A DNA stretch of 64,000 bases from an uncultured Candidatus Saccharibacteria bacterium (GTDB lineage Bacteria > Patescibacteriota > Minisyncoccia > Phycocordibacterales > WO2-35-19), in the NCBI GenBank assembly GCA_964548205.1, contig CAZJPJ010000004.1, positions 21,577 to 85,576 of the forward strand, given 5' to 3'. A program made the position numbers and the translations under genes. Under the pieces are notes generated by a model. It saw only the letters and a list, made by a program, of their open reading frames with translations, was not told the origin of the DNA and ran no database searches. Positions 55,716 to 64,000 of the stretch are shown here, piece after piece (position 1 is the first letter of the stretch; the number at the start of each line of letters is the position of its first letter).

Positions 55716-56852
55716 ATGACGGAAAAGAATGAAGAAAAGATCCAAGAAAAAGGGGTGGGTGGCCCCAACCCCCCACCGGAATACCAGTGGATAGTTACGG
55801 TCCCCCAAGAGTGGTTCAGACTGGTTCTTAGGGGAGAGGACCTTGACTCAATTATCCACGGAGCGCGTGGATACAGAGTCAACGAGGAATTGGAATTTGA
55901 AAAAATCCCACCGGGATTTGAAGACGCTTACGACCTATCACCTAGACACCTCTTCCGCCAAGTAACTGGGCGGGAATTCGTCGGGATTCCCAAGCTCAAG
56001 AGGACCGGTATATACGGAAAAAAATTCCGTTGGGCCGCGTTTTTTCCAAGAACCGAAGGAGGTGGTGAGAACGGTAAACCGGTATACACGCCGGGCTGGC
56101 ACGACCAAGAAATCGTGCGGGCATTTCCTCTCGTATCGAGTTACCCTCTAACCTTTACAAATATCGACGTACAAGGTCGAGAGGTGACAACTGGCGACCC
56201 GTCGATCGTCCAGATCGCGATGACGGTCATCATCCGAGTCAGGATGCTAAGGCCACGGATCGCACTGATGCAAAATACCGACTGGCTCGGAAACGGCGTG
56301 TCCCCCTATCTCCAAGGTCGCATTGGTGACTATATGAGGACTGGAGGAGATGACACAAATATTATGTCCTATGACCGTGTCATACGTCGTGATAGATTGA
56401 ACGGTAGAGGAAGTCGGTTTCGCAACACCTTTCTCGGCACGTTGATCAATGGCGGAAAGCAAGTCGAGCGAAGCAGTTTGAGACTCTCCTTACTTGCACA
56501 GTATGGAGTGGACCTCATCGACGTGCAAGTCGTCGATGTGCAAACGAACGAAGAGTTCGAGAAGAAGCTGAGAGCACTAGCCGACGCCGATATCGATGCC
56601 GCAATCATCGAGCGGCAGGCAAGAGCCGAAGCCCAGAAGCGAAAGCTTCAGGCTGAGGCCGAGGGAGAGTATATTCGCCAAACATCAGCCGCCATTCAGG
56701 ACAGACTCCGCCGGTTGATGGAAAGCATGGGAGGAGACGCGGCTAGCGTAAGGGCGATCGAATATGCCTATGCCCTGCGCGACTCCAAACTCACCACCCT
56801 TGCCGGGGCCGGCGTCAGCCTCGTCGTAGGCCCAGACGGCACCATCCGCTAG
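55716..56852 (+). CDS. SPFH/Band-7-domain protein with a roughly 160-aa N-terminal extension and no predicted TM; GC-elevated
   Basis: ...YGVDLIDVQVVDVQTNEEFEKKLRALADADIDAAIIERQARAEAQKRKLQAEAEGEY... then ...VRAIEYAYALRDSKLTTL...VVGPDG, which fits the SPFH core plus the coiled-coil pattern of HflK/C, stomatin and flotillin. Confidence 0.55.
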   Translation: MTEKNEEKIQEKGVGGPNPPPEYQWIVTVPQEWFRLVLRGEDLDSIIHGARGYRVNEELEFEKIPPGFEDAYDLSPRHLFRQVTGREFVGIPKLKRTGIYGKKFRWAAFFPRTEGGGENGKPVYTPGWHDQEIVRAFPLVSSYPLTFTNIDVQGREVTTGDPSIVQIAMTVIIRVRMLRPRIALMQNTDWLGNGVSPYLQGRIGDYMRTGGDDTNIMSYDRVIRRDRLNGRGSRFRNTFLGTLINGGKQVERSSLRLSLLAQYGVDLIDVQVVDVQTNEEFEKKLRALADADIDAAIIERQARAEAQKRKLQAEAEGEYIRQTSAAIQDRLRRLMESMGGDAASVRAIEYAYALRDSKLTTLAGAGVSLVVGPDGTIR

Positions 56853-56994
56853 ACCCAAGCCCTGTTTAGGGCAAACCAACCCCCAAATGCATCGCTTTCA
56901 AGGCATAGCGTGAGGGGGTTGCTTTTTTATACGAAATGTGCTATAATATAAATAGGTCTGTGTACAATAACAATTGCATAAGGAGACGAAGGAA

Positions 56995-58227
56995 ATGAAC
57001 GCAATAAATAGTGGAAATGGCCGCTTGATTAGCGGCCAGACGATGGCCCAGTCTTTCTGGGCCCAGTTCTGGGCCTGGATCAAGTATAGTTGGGCGACAA
57101 GTGGGTGGTGGAAAAAAATCACCCTCGTCCTGCGGGCAATCTGGGCACTCCTGGTCGCAGGAGTACGGTTTCGGATCTTATCAGCAGGGCTCGCCGGATT
57201 GGCCGCTTTGGCCATCATCCTCGGGGTAGCATACTGGTTCGTGATGGGTGGTTACAAGTGGTTATTTAGCTCCACTATGTGGATGCTGTTTGCCACTGCC
57301 ATCTTCATCGGCCTATGGTGGCACCTTCGGAAGTACAAGGATGAGGATTTCGTAAAAATTGCGGGGGGAAAGTTCGTAGCCAAACCCCTGCGGTCAGCTC
57401 CGTTATGGGCAATCGCTGTCATCTGGGCAATCTGGGTCGCCGTTCAGGCGATAATTCTGGGTTGGCAAGGTGTGGTCGCGATCTACAAGCTCGCCGCAGA
57501 CTGGTTCTTCAACTTTTCTGGGGGGCTCGCTCTCTGGAAAGTCGCTCTGGGTTTACTCCTGCTAGCCGGCATTGTGTGGGTAATAAGCATACTCGTCCGG
57601 TGGGCAAGAAAGTCTAGAGAGGAGAACGACAAAACCTTTGGACTCGGCTCGGCCCTCGTAGTCGGCATGGTGGCAGTAGCAATACTGAACACCATACTGT
57701 TTCTCGAAGCGTATCTATGGATCGCTTTCGCAGAGAACCACACGGCTGGGTTCCTGGGAACCAACCTCTCTCTCTGGCTTGCTGTAAGCGCATGGCTGGT
57801 CAGAGACAAGGAGGGCAACCGCCCCGCTTGGTCTGCCAATGCTTCAAATATCCTATTTGCTCTCGCTTTAATCGGCGTCAGCATAGCGGGATGGGAGGCA
57901 TTCCGGCAAATCGAGGAACCGATTACTTACGAGGCGGTTCCTGGAGGGGTACTGGCAAAGGTTCTTGCTCCAATCGACGATTGGAGTAAAAACCTATCCG
58001 TCCGAGGAAACAAGTTCAACCTTGAAACCGTCCCCGGACGGAAGTTCAAGGTGAAATTCCTCGGATACGAGGTTAAGGACGGGAGAAGGATTCCTTTGGT
58101 CAAAGTTTTCGTGGTCAACGACAATGACCACGATTTCGAGACTGATGGAGTGATTCAAGAAATACTTGTTCAATCACTCGATGGGAGACCGATGAGAGTT
58201 CCAGTCGAGATGATGTCGCGGCGATAA
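56995..58227 (+). CDS. Trp-rich polytopic membrane protein (about 8 TM) with a roughly 110-aa C-terminal soluble domain; GC-elevated; function unknown
   Basis: AAGGAGA Shine-Dalgarno site; TATAAT at 56943; TM helices rich in W (WAQFWAWIKYSW..., LWAIAVIWAIWVAV...). Confidence 0.45.
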   Translation: MNAINSGNGRLISGQTMAQSFWAQFWAWIKYSWATSGWWKKITLVLRAIWALLVAGVRFRILSAGLAGLAALAIILGVAYWFVMGGYKWLFSSTMWMLFATAIFIGLWWHLRKYKDEDFVKIAGGKFVAKPLRSAPLWAIAVIWAIWVAVQAIILGWQGVVAIYKLAADWFFNFSGGLALWKVALGLLLLAGIVWVISILVRWARKSREENDKTFGLGSALVVGMVAVAILNTILFLEAYLWIAFAENHTAGFLGTNLSLWLAVSAWLVRDKEGNRPAWSANASNILFALALIGVSIAGWEAFRQIEEPITYEAVPGGVLAKVLAPIDDWSKNLSVRGNKFNLETVPGRKFKVKFLGYEVKDGRRIPLVKVFVVNDNDHDFETDGVIQEILVQSLDGRPMRVPVEMMSRR

Positions 58228-58300
58228 ATTTCCACCCTTCTCCTTATGCACACCCCCGCTTGGTTTCGGCCATGCGGGGGTGATTTTTTATAAAGCTTTT

Positions 58301-58564
58301 TTACAACCCCAAAAGCCCAGAGTAAGTGATACCAAAAGTAGAGAGCACGAGGCGCAATATGCCATAGACGCTAAACATCACAAACATCCCCACAATTCCA
58401 TAGAACACTGTGCTCTTTTTTTTCTCCAAGTCTCCCCCGTCTGCCCCCCATATAAGCCTTACTACACCCCAGAAGAAGACTACAGTAGCTATAGCGAAGC
58501 CGAAGACTATCACTGGATTGATGATATAAGTGGCTATCTTACCGAGCAAAATTTTTATTGGCAT
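58301..58564 (-). CDS. small two-TM protein, paralog 1 of a VirB2/TrbC-like array (no signal peptide)
   Basis: ...VFGFAIATVVFFWGVVRLIWGADGGDLEKKKSTVFYGIVGMFVMFSVYGIL... Confidence 0.5.
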   Translation of the reverse strand: MPIKILLGKIATYIINPVIVFGFAIATVVFFWGVVRLIWGADGGDLEKKKSTVFYGIVGMFVMFSVYGILRLVLSTFGITYSGLLGL

Positions 58565-58639
58565 TGGCTAAATAATAGCACAACCCCGACACTATTTTGT
58601 GTGTCGGGGTTGTGCAAAAGACAATTATTTCTTTTCTTA

Positions 58640-59002
58640 TTACCCTTGTGGGACAAGATCAGTAGGACTGAAGCCAGGACCAGTACCAGTATCTATATCG
58701 AGAGAGCTACTTAGGAAGTTTACCAAGCCCCAGACAGCTGCCATGACGAAGAGGGCTACTACACCCCAGATCATAGTCTTCTTTGCCTTCTCCTTGTCGT
58801 GCTCACCACCAAAGATGTATAGAGCCAAACCCCAGAAGAAGAAGAGCATAGCAAGAGCAAATACTATAGGGATGAGGATGTTGATGATATCACCTACAGA
58901 TGATGCCAGAGTCTTTATGTTGTCGAGTTGCTGTGCTCCTGCTACCAACGGTAGAGAGAACATAGAAGCAACCAAAGCTATTTTCTTCATTTTTATAAAC
59001 AT
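58640..59002 (-). CDS. secreted two-TM small protein, paralog 2 (VirB2/TrbC pilin-like topology)
   Basis: Signal MKKIALVASMFSLPLVAGAQQ; ...IPIVFALAMLFFFWGLALYIFGGEHDKEKAKKTMIWGVVALFVMAAVWGLV. Confidence 0.55.
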   Translation of the reverse strand: MFIKMKKIALVASMFSLPLVAGAQQLDNIKTLASSVGDIINILIPIVFALAMLFFFWGLALYIFGGEHDKEKAKKTMIWGVVALFVMAAVWGLVNFLSSSLDIDTGTGPGFSPTDLVPQG

Positions 59003-59105
59003 TAATTATTAAACGACCGTTTTAATATATCACAATTATACCCAATTTGCAAAAACACGCGCAACTCTGTAATCCACAGCAGACATTTTTTGAATCAAAA
59101 ACTAA

Positions 59106-59546
59106 TTAAATATCGCCCAACAATAATGGCGTCTCTCCCCCACCACTTGAAGCACTTCCATCCAGATTTATATTTGGCACAGTTTGATAATTACCCACAT
59201 CTCTAATACCAAATTCTCGTCTCAAGAAAAATACCAGACCCCAAACTGAAGACATTACGAAGAGTGCTACAACTCCCCATACCATTATCCTCTTACCATC
59301 ATCTTTACCTTCACCTTCAGAGCGAATGTACTTTGCAACACCCCAGAAGAAGAAGAGCATAGCAGCCGCAAAAGCAAGGGGCACCAATATATTTGAAACT
59401 AGAGATAGAGCATTGGTAAAAAATCTATCCGTGCCGCCTAGAGGTTCTGAAGTCAACACCTGAGCATTGGCAACTGTAAAAGTCAGACAATACAGCGTTA
59501 TCAATAGAATCTTATTTACACTTTTCTTCATTTTGTTTTCAAACAA
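59106..59546 (-). CDS. secreted two-TM small protein, paralog 3
   Basis: Signal ...LTFTVANAQ; ...VPLAFAAAMLFFFWGVAKYIRSEGEGKDDGKRIMVWGVVALFVMSSVWGLVFF. Confidence 0.55.
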   Translation of the reverse strand: MFENKMKKSVNKILLITLYCLTFTVANAQVLTSEPLGGTDRFFTNALSLVSNILVPLAFAAAMLFFFWGVAKYIRSEGEGKDDGKRIMVWGVVALFVMSSVWGLVFFLRREFGIRDVGNYQTVPNINLDGSASSGGGETPLLLGDI

Positions 59547-59552
59547 TTTAAC

Positions 59553-59831
59553 TTATAAGCTATTGCCTTGGATACTGATCGTATCCTTTTGCGGCAATTG
59601 AAATTCTTTTTGTATAAACTCTATTATACCCCATATAGAGAAAACTACGAATATCCCTAGGAGTCCCCACATCATCACCCTCCTACCCTCTTCTGCTGCC
59701 CTATCTCCCCCAGCGTCTTTGCGGATATACTTGGCAATGCCCCAGAAAAAGTAAAGTAGGCACAAAGCAAAGGCAAGAGGCACCATAGTACCTGTTATGA
59801 TCGACGTTGCTCTTTGGACAAGTTCTACCAT
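59553..59831 (-). CDS. two-TM small protein, paralog 4 (start taken at MVELV so that it abuts paralog 5)
   Basis: ...MVPLAFALCLLYFFWGIAKYIRKDAGGDRAAEEGRRVMMWGLLGIFVVFSIWGII. Confidence 0.5.
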   Translation of the reverse strand: MVELVQRATSIITGTMVPLAFALCLLYFFWGIAKYIRKDAGGDRAAEEGRRVMMWGLLGIFVVFSIWGIIEFIQKEFQLPQKDTISIQGNSL

Positions 59832-59835
59832 ATTG

Positions 59836-60114
59836 TTATTTAATGAATATTTGAGGTATGCCCAGAGTATCACCAAAACCAAACTCCTTTCTTATAAATA
59901 TCAGAATACCCCATATAGAGAACATTATAAAGATACCGATAACTCCCCATATTATGATATTTTTGCTCTTGGCTAGCTCATTCTCATTGCCCGCACTCCT
60001 TATAAACCTTCCGACTCCAAAAACAAAAGATACAAAGGCTAGTGCTGCAAGGAAAGGTACCAATACCAAGGCCATATCTGTAAATTTTTCCAATACTTGT
60101 GTCAGATTGTCCAT
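59836..60114 (-). CDS. two-TM small protein, paralog 5
   Basis: ...LVPFLAALAFVSFVFGVGRFIRSAGNENELAKSKNIIIWGVIGIFIMFSIWGILIF. Confidence 0.5.
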   Translation of the reverse strand: MDNLTQVLEKFTDMALVLVPFLAALAFVSFVFGVGRFIRSAGNENELAKSKNIIIWGVIGIFIMFSIWGILIFIRKEFGFGDTLGIPQIFIK

Positions 60115-60134
60115 TTTGTATCTATATTTTCAAA

Positions 60135-60548
60135 TTAACCTCCAAGCTGTTTTACGGTGCCCCCTATGGCATTGGCGATGACCCAAGCCCCTAGCAATAT
60201 AGCGGCTCCCACCACTCCGTACAAAAGAGCCTGGTGAGCCTTGGCTATCTTGCTCTCATTTCCACCTGCGGTCACATACAAAAAGCCAGCGTAGATGATC
60301 ATAATAACTGCGATAACAGCCCCTATTGGCAATATGATCTCGTTGATTATGAGCCTAAGGAAACTATCTACATCTTTCACATCCCCTTTCAGAGGATTTT
60401 GGATGTCTATACTATAGCTAACAGGTGGCTCCGAGTTATTACCACTTATGTCTGCAAACAAAGCAAGGGGGGCTATCATGCCGATGATTATCATTATAGT
60501 CACTATAGCTATAAATATTTTTTTGTAAGTATCTTTTACCTTTAGCAT
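60135..60548 (-). CDS. secreted two-TM small protein, paralog 6; the closest match to the VirB2/TrbC pilin pattern
   Basis: Signal/anchor; ...ILPIGAVIAVIMIIYAGFLYVTAGGNESKIAKAHQALLYGVVGAAILLGAWVIANAIGG. Confidence 0.55.
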   Translation of the reverse strand: MLKVKDTYKKIFIAIVTIMIIIGMIAPLALFADISGNNSEPPVSYSIDIQNPLKGDVKDVDSFLRLIINEIILPIGAVIAVIMIIYAGFLYVTAGGNESKIAKAHQALLYGVVGAAILLGAWVIANAIGGTVKQLGG

Positions 60549-60549
60549 G

Positions 60550-60981
60550 TTATTTGTTTAGTTGTACAGCATCGTTTATATCTGGCCTAAAGATAGCTCG
60601 CGATATGGTGCCGACTATAAGCCAAGCTGCTAGCATGATAACAAACCCGATAAAAACTTTCTTGAACAACTCTTTGGCTTCAGAACGCCTATCAGAGACT
60701 CCAGTAGTCATAAGTATAAAACCAGCATAAGCAAAAGCCCCCGCCGCTATAGGTACTGATATTTTCACAAGGTATCCCAATATCTTGTTTACCAGAGTGA
60801 CAAGCTTCTCCAAACTGCATTCATCTCCCGGCAAGCCACTGCAGACTACAAAACCTCTGTTTTCATCCCTATCATTCTGAGCATTTGCGACTGTGGGTAA
60901 AAGGTTCAGTGCAAAAATAAACAGACACAGCAGAGCCATCAGACTTTTGAATTTATAACTTTGTACTTTCAAACTTTTCAC
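60550..60981 (-). CDS. secreted two-TM small protein, paralog 7
   Basis: Signal ...LLPTVANAQ; ...ISVPIAAGAFAYAGFILMTTGVSDRRSEAKELFKKVFIGFVIMLAAWLIVG. Confidence 0.55.
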   Translation of the reverse strand: MKSLKVQSYKFKSLMALLCLFIFALNLLPTVANAQNDRDENRGFVVCSGLPGDECSLEKLVTLVNKILGYLVKISVPIAAGAFAYAGFILMTTGVSDRRSEAKELFKKVFIGFVIMLAAWLIVGTISRAIFRPDINDAVQLNK

Positions 60982-61004
60982 TTTATTTTATGTTGTTTCG
61001 GTTA

Positions 61005-62300
61005 TCATTTACCCAAAAGCAGTACGTCGATTTCTCTGTTTGCTCTAGAAAGAGCGTCCCCAATTCTCGAACGACCGCTGGTTATCGACTCTACCATGGA
61101 CTTAAAGACTGCGTTTGTCTCTAGTGGTTCTGGATCGAGCCAACCTCTCGCCATGATAGCACTTTCATAAAAGATAACCTTATATGCATCCGTCTGCCTT
61201 TCTGCAAGCAAGTCTCGCCTTACCGGTGGAAGATTCATCATGGTACTAATAACCTCAGCGCTTTCTCCCAATGCTAAAGCGTTTGCTACAGTGAAAGCTG
61301 CGTTTGGATTTTTGGATGTTTTGGTTATTGCAAAACCATAAAAATCACCAAAAGTGACATTTTCACCATTTTCTCTAGGCACTGGTATCTTGGTTACATC
61401 GAAGTTTAGGTTTGGGTTCTTTATATTTATACTAGAAAGCTCACTTGCGGGACCGAAATACATAGCCAAGTCACCACCCAAGAAATATGTCAGGGAATCT
61501 GGCAATGACCTATTCCAAGAATAAGAACTTTTGGCTGGATTACCAAACTCTGTATAGAAGTTGAGAGCAGATTCTGCAGGCAATATAGGCTTGTTCGATG
61601 GGTTTAGAGTCCATGCACTTTTGGGCTCACTGCCTAGCCAATAGACTATAGGGGTACTGGCTTGCATGGCCAGAGTAGCGATTATGTCCTTTGCGTGGCG
61701 TATGTTTGAAAATTCCCCCATAGAGACAGCACTACGTTGGATATTTAGAGCCCCGTCCTTTATAGAAATCTGTGAAGAAAGACCATAAAACTGATCCCAA
61801 TATTTGGGTGGCAATGTCACCTGAACATCGTTAAAAATAGACCTGTTCCAATACATGACAAGCGGATCTACGACCACAGGTAGAGCCATAGCTCCATCTG
61901 GAAACATAAATATCTCAGCTCCTTCTATGAAAGCATCTTTGTATTGCCTCTGTGTAAACACGTCATAAGGTAGCGGCAATATTTTGTTTGAATGTTTGAG
62001 TAGTTTGGAGCTAGGGAGCAAAATAAGATCAGGGCCATCACCTGAAGCTAGTGCTTCAATAAAACTTTGGTCAAACTCATCGCTGGATCGATATTTGTAT
62101 TCGATCTTTATGTTTGATTTGCTGTTGGAAGAAAAGGGGCTCGACTCTACTATGGTGTACCAATCGCTCTGAGGTATGCTGCCCCAGACTGATACTACTA
62201 CCTCTTGGCCAGACGAACCTTTGTATGCAGAGAAAACAATAACCCCACCTATGATAAACAAACCAAAGACGGCCGTAAGGATGATCTGAAATTTTGACAT
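61005..62300 (-). CDS. extracellular solute-binding protein (ABC transporter SBP family 1-like), N-terminally anchored
   Basis: N-terminal TM then a roughly 400-aa alpha/beta domain with aromatic-rich ligand-pocket-like segments; weak family assignment. Confidence 0.5.
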   Translation of the reverse strand: MSKFQIILTAVFGLFIIGGVIVFSAYKGSSGQEVVVSVWGSIPQSDWYTIVESSPFSSNSKSNIKIEYKYRSSDEFDQSFIEALASGDGPDLILLPSSKLLKHSNKILPLPYDVFTQRQYKDAFIEGAEIFMFPDGAMALPVVVDPLVMYWNRSIFNDVQVTLPPKYWDQFYGLSSQISIKDGALNIQRSAVSMGEFSNIRHAKDIIATLAMQASTPIVYWLGSEPKSAWTLNPSNKPILPAESALNFYTEFGNPAKSSYSWNRSLPDSLTYFLGGDLAMYFGPASELSSINIKNPNLNFDVTKIPVPRENGENVTFGDFYGFAITKTSKNPNAAFTVANALALGESAEVISTMMNLPPVRRDLLAERQTDAYKVIFYESAIMARGWLDPEPLETNAVFKSMVESITSGRSRIGDALSRANREIDVLLLGK

Positions 62301-62360
62301 AACAAAATTATACTAGAGCAATTTTTTATTGCCCACAAAAACAGTGGATTCAAATGTTAT

Positions 62361-64000
62361 TTAGAAACACACAAGAGAAGCGAGAGAATCCCCATCTCTC
62401 AGCTTCATGATCCGTACACCCTGAGTAGACCTGCCGAGAGTTGGAACTTCAGATAGCTCGAGACGTATAACTTGGCTTTTCTTAGACATAGCCACCAACT
62501 CTGACTCTTCTTCGGTAACAACACTTGAAGCCATTATTTTGCCAGTCTTTGAAGTAACACTTGAGGTCTTTATACCAGAACCTCCTCTGTTTTGGATCTT
62601 ATACTCTTCTATGAGAGTTTTCTTGCCGTAGCCGTTTGCACCCACAACAAGCAATGCGGAGGCCTTTTCTTGACCTTTCGGCACCCTATGAGCACCGATA
62701 ATCTTGTCTCCTTTATCAAGCTTCATAAGTTTGACACCCCCCGCTTGCCTGCCCATCTCTCGGGCATCACTTTCCTTAAATCTGATAGATTGACCGTTCT
62801 GAGTTACTAGTATGCAAGAATCTGCTTTCGATACTTGAAATACTGACACTAGTTTGTCATCTTCGTGCAGCTTTACCGCTATGATGCCGCTAGAGCGCAC
62901 ATCATGGAAACTTGAGGCAGAAACCCTCTTGCCCACACCGTGTTCTGTAACCATAAAGAGAGACAAATCAGCGTTTGCCTTTGAATCTTTTGATACAGGC
63001 AATATGGAAGTAACCTTTTCTCCTTCTGAAAGTGAGATAAAGTTCATAATAGACTTACCACGGGTAGCACGCCTGCCTTCTGGGATATCGTACATCTTTA
63101 TCTGATAAGCCTTACCTTTGTCGGTAAAGAACAAAAGATCTGCGTGGGTGCTAGCTGTCAAAAACTGTGTGACAAAATCTTCTTCTTTAGTATCTAGATC
63201 TACCACTCCTACGCCACCACGTCTTTGCTTTTTGTATTCGTCTGGATGTGTTCTTTTGACGTAGCCACCAGCAGTAAGAATAAGCGTACTTTCTTCGTCT
63301 GGTATCAGATCTTCTACATTGATGACTTTGACCCCACCCTTAATAACCTTTGTTCTGCGGTCATCTCCATACTTTTCTGCAATATCTGAAAGCTCTTTCT
63401 TGATGATAGTCATCATCTTTTTGGCACTTGCAAGTATCGACTCTAGTTCCTTTATCAATTCTTGGATGGCTTTCAGTTCGTCTTCTATCTTCTTTCTTTC
63501 AAGACCGGCAAGCTTCTGCAATCTCATCTCTAGAATAGCGTTTGCCTGTATCAGAGAAAACTTAAACTCTTTCATCAGATTCTCTCTGGCTGTATTTACG
63601 TCTTTACTCTTCTTTATCAGAGCTATTATTTTGTCTATGTGGTCAAGCGCTTTCTTCAATCCAAGCAAGATATGCTCTCTAGCCTGAGCTTCTCTAAGAT
63701 CAAACTCGGTTCTACGTTTTACTACCACCTTCCTGTGCTTGATGAATTCATCTATGACACCTTTGAGAGACAGAGTCTGAGGGACATTGTCTACCAGTGC
63801 TACAAGATTTACATGGAAAGTCTCTTCAAGCTGAGTGTGCTTGTAGATATAATTCAAAACCTTCTGAGGATGGCTGCCTGATTTTAGGTCTATCACCACT
63901 CTTATATCTTTGGTTGATTCGTCCCTGATACCTTTTATACCTTCAAGTTTTTTATCCCTTACAAGGTCAGCTATACGCTCTATCAGAGTAGATTTGTTTA
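62361..64000 (-). CDS. gyrA: DNA gyrase subunit A, C-terminal portion; the gene continues past the window end
   Basis: ...HILLGLKKALDHIDKIIALIKKS..., coiled-coil tower, and repeated beta-pinwheel blades (GyrA-box-like QNRGGSGIK). The track ORF begins at an internal Met; the frame stays open to position 64000. Confidence 0.85.
   Translation of the reverse strand, partial: NKSTLIERIADLVRDKKLEGIKGIRDESTKDIRVVIDLKSGSHPQKVLNYIYKHTQLEETFHVNLVALVDNVPQTLSLKGVIDEFIKHRKVVVKRRTEFDLREAQAREHILLGLKKALDHIDKIIALIKKSKDVNTARENLMKEFKFSLIQANAILEMRLQKLAGLERKKIEDELKAIQELIKELESILASAKKMMTIIKKELSDIAEKYGDDRRTKVIKGGVKVINVEDLIPDEESTLILTAGGYVKRTHPDEYKKQRRGGVGVVDLDTKEEDFVTQFLTASTHADLLFFTDKGKAYQIKMYDIPEGRRATRGKSIMNFISLSEGEKVTSILPVSKDSKANADLSLFMVTEHGVGKRVSASSFHDVRSSGIIAVKLHEDDKLVSVFQVSKADSCILVTQNGQSIRFKESDAREMGRQAGGVKLMKLDKGDKIIGAHRVPKGQEKASALLVVGANGYGKKTLIEEYKIQNRGGSGIKTSSVTSKTGKIMASSVVTEEESELVAMSKKSQVIRLELSEVPTLGRSTQGVRIMKLRDGDSLASLVCF

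Noticed and set aside
1-64000. CRISPR array, rRNA operon, or IS element with a transposase
   Set aside because: No regularly spaced direct repeats with unique spacers, no rRNA-like conserved blocks, and no transposase or integrase-like ORF were seen. The repeats present are tRNA-derived or palindromic, not CRISPR-like.

Overview
This 64 kb window is low-GC (roughly mid-30s % by eye) and dense in housekeeping genes. The gene content has a reduced-genome, Patescibacteria/CPR-like style, but that is inference only.

Core content: a cell-shape and division cluster (partial murF-like ligase, alpha/beta hydrolase, PBP2, mreD, mreC, mreB) and a translation/envelope block (proS, rseP, frr, holB-like, a second mreB paralog). 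Then a PriA homolog with degenerate ATPase motifs, def-fmt, hpf, a VanY-type peptidase, an MBL hydrolase and tspO. Further on: dus, a ClpC-like ATPase, ftsQ-like, serS, dprA, topA, an RSH (p)ppGpp enzyme, parB, miaA and a RelE/antitoxin pair. A Mur block follows (dat-like aminotransferase, murD, an HTH-murA fusion, murB, murC), then clpB, a cysteine desulfurase, infB and partial gyrA.

Stable RNAs I can support: tRNA-Asn, Leu(CAA), Trp, Tyr, a Leu(TAA)-Cys-Lys-Leu(TAG) cluster, an RNase P RNA on the minus strand that is antisense to a track ORF, and rpmG (bL33), which is below the track's 60 aa cutoff.

Things that stand out, in order of interest:
- A GC-elevated block at 55.1-61 kb with a tandem array of seven VirB2/TrbC-like two-TM small proteins, next to an SPFH-domain protein, a Trp-rich polytopic membrane protein and a secreted Gly-rich protein.
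- Several tRNA genes flanked by partial copies of their own 5' or 3' ends with palindromic inserts. One copy carries a GIY-YIG nuclease gene, and a second GIY-YIG paralog sits immediately 5' of rnpB.
- A GC-rich palindromic repeat family that acts as intergenic terminators and also appears in-frame inside dus, dprA and miaA.
- A 1.5 kb GC-rich, hairpin-dense non-coding island at 20.6-22.1 kb with small ORFs preceded by Shine-Dalgarno sites.
- A solitary mazF/pemK-like cassette flanked by 42 bp direct repeats upstream of topA.
- A Flp-pilin-like gene with a translationally coupled upstream sORF.

No CRISPR array, rRNA or tmRNA was found. All coordinates for features not in the ORF track were worked out by hand and may be off by a few nt.
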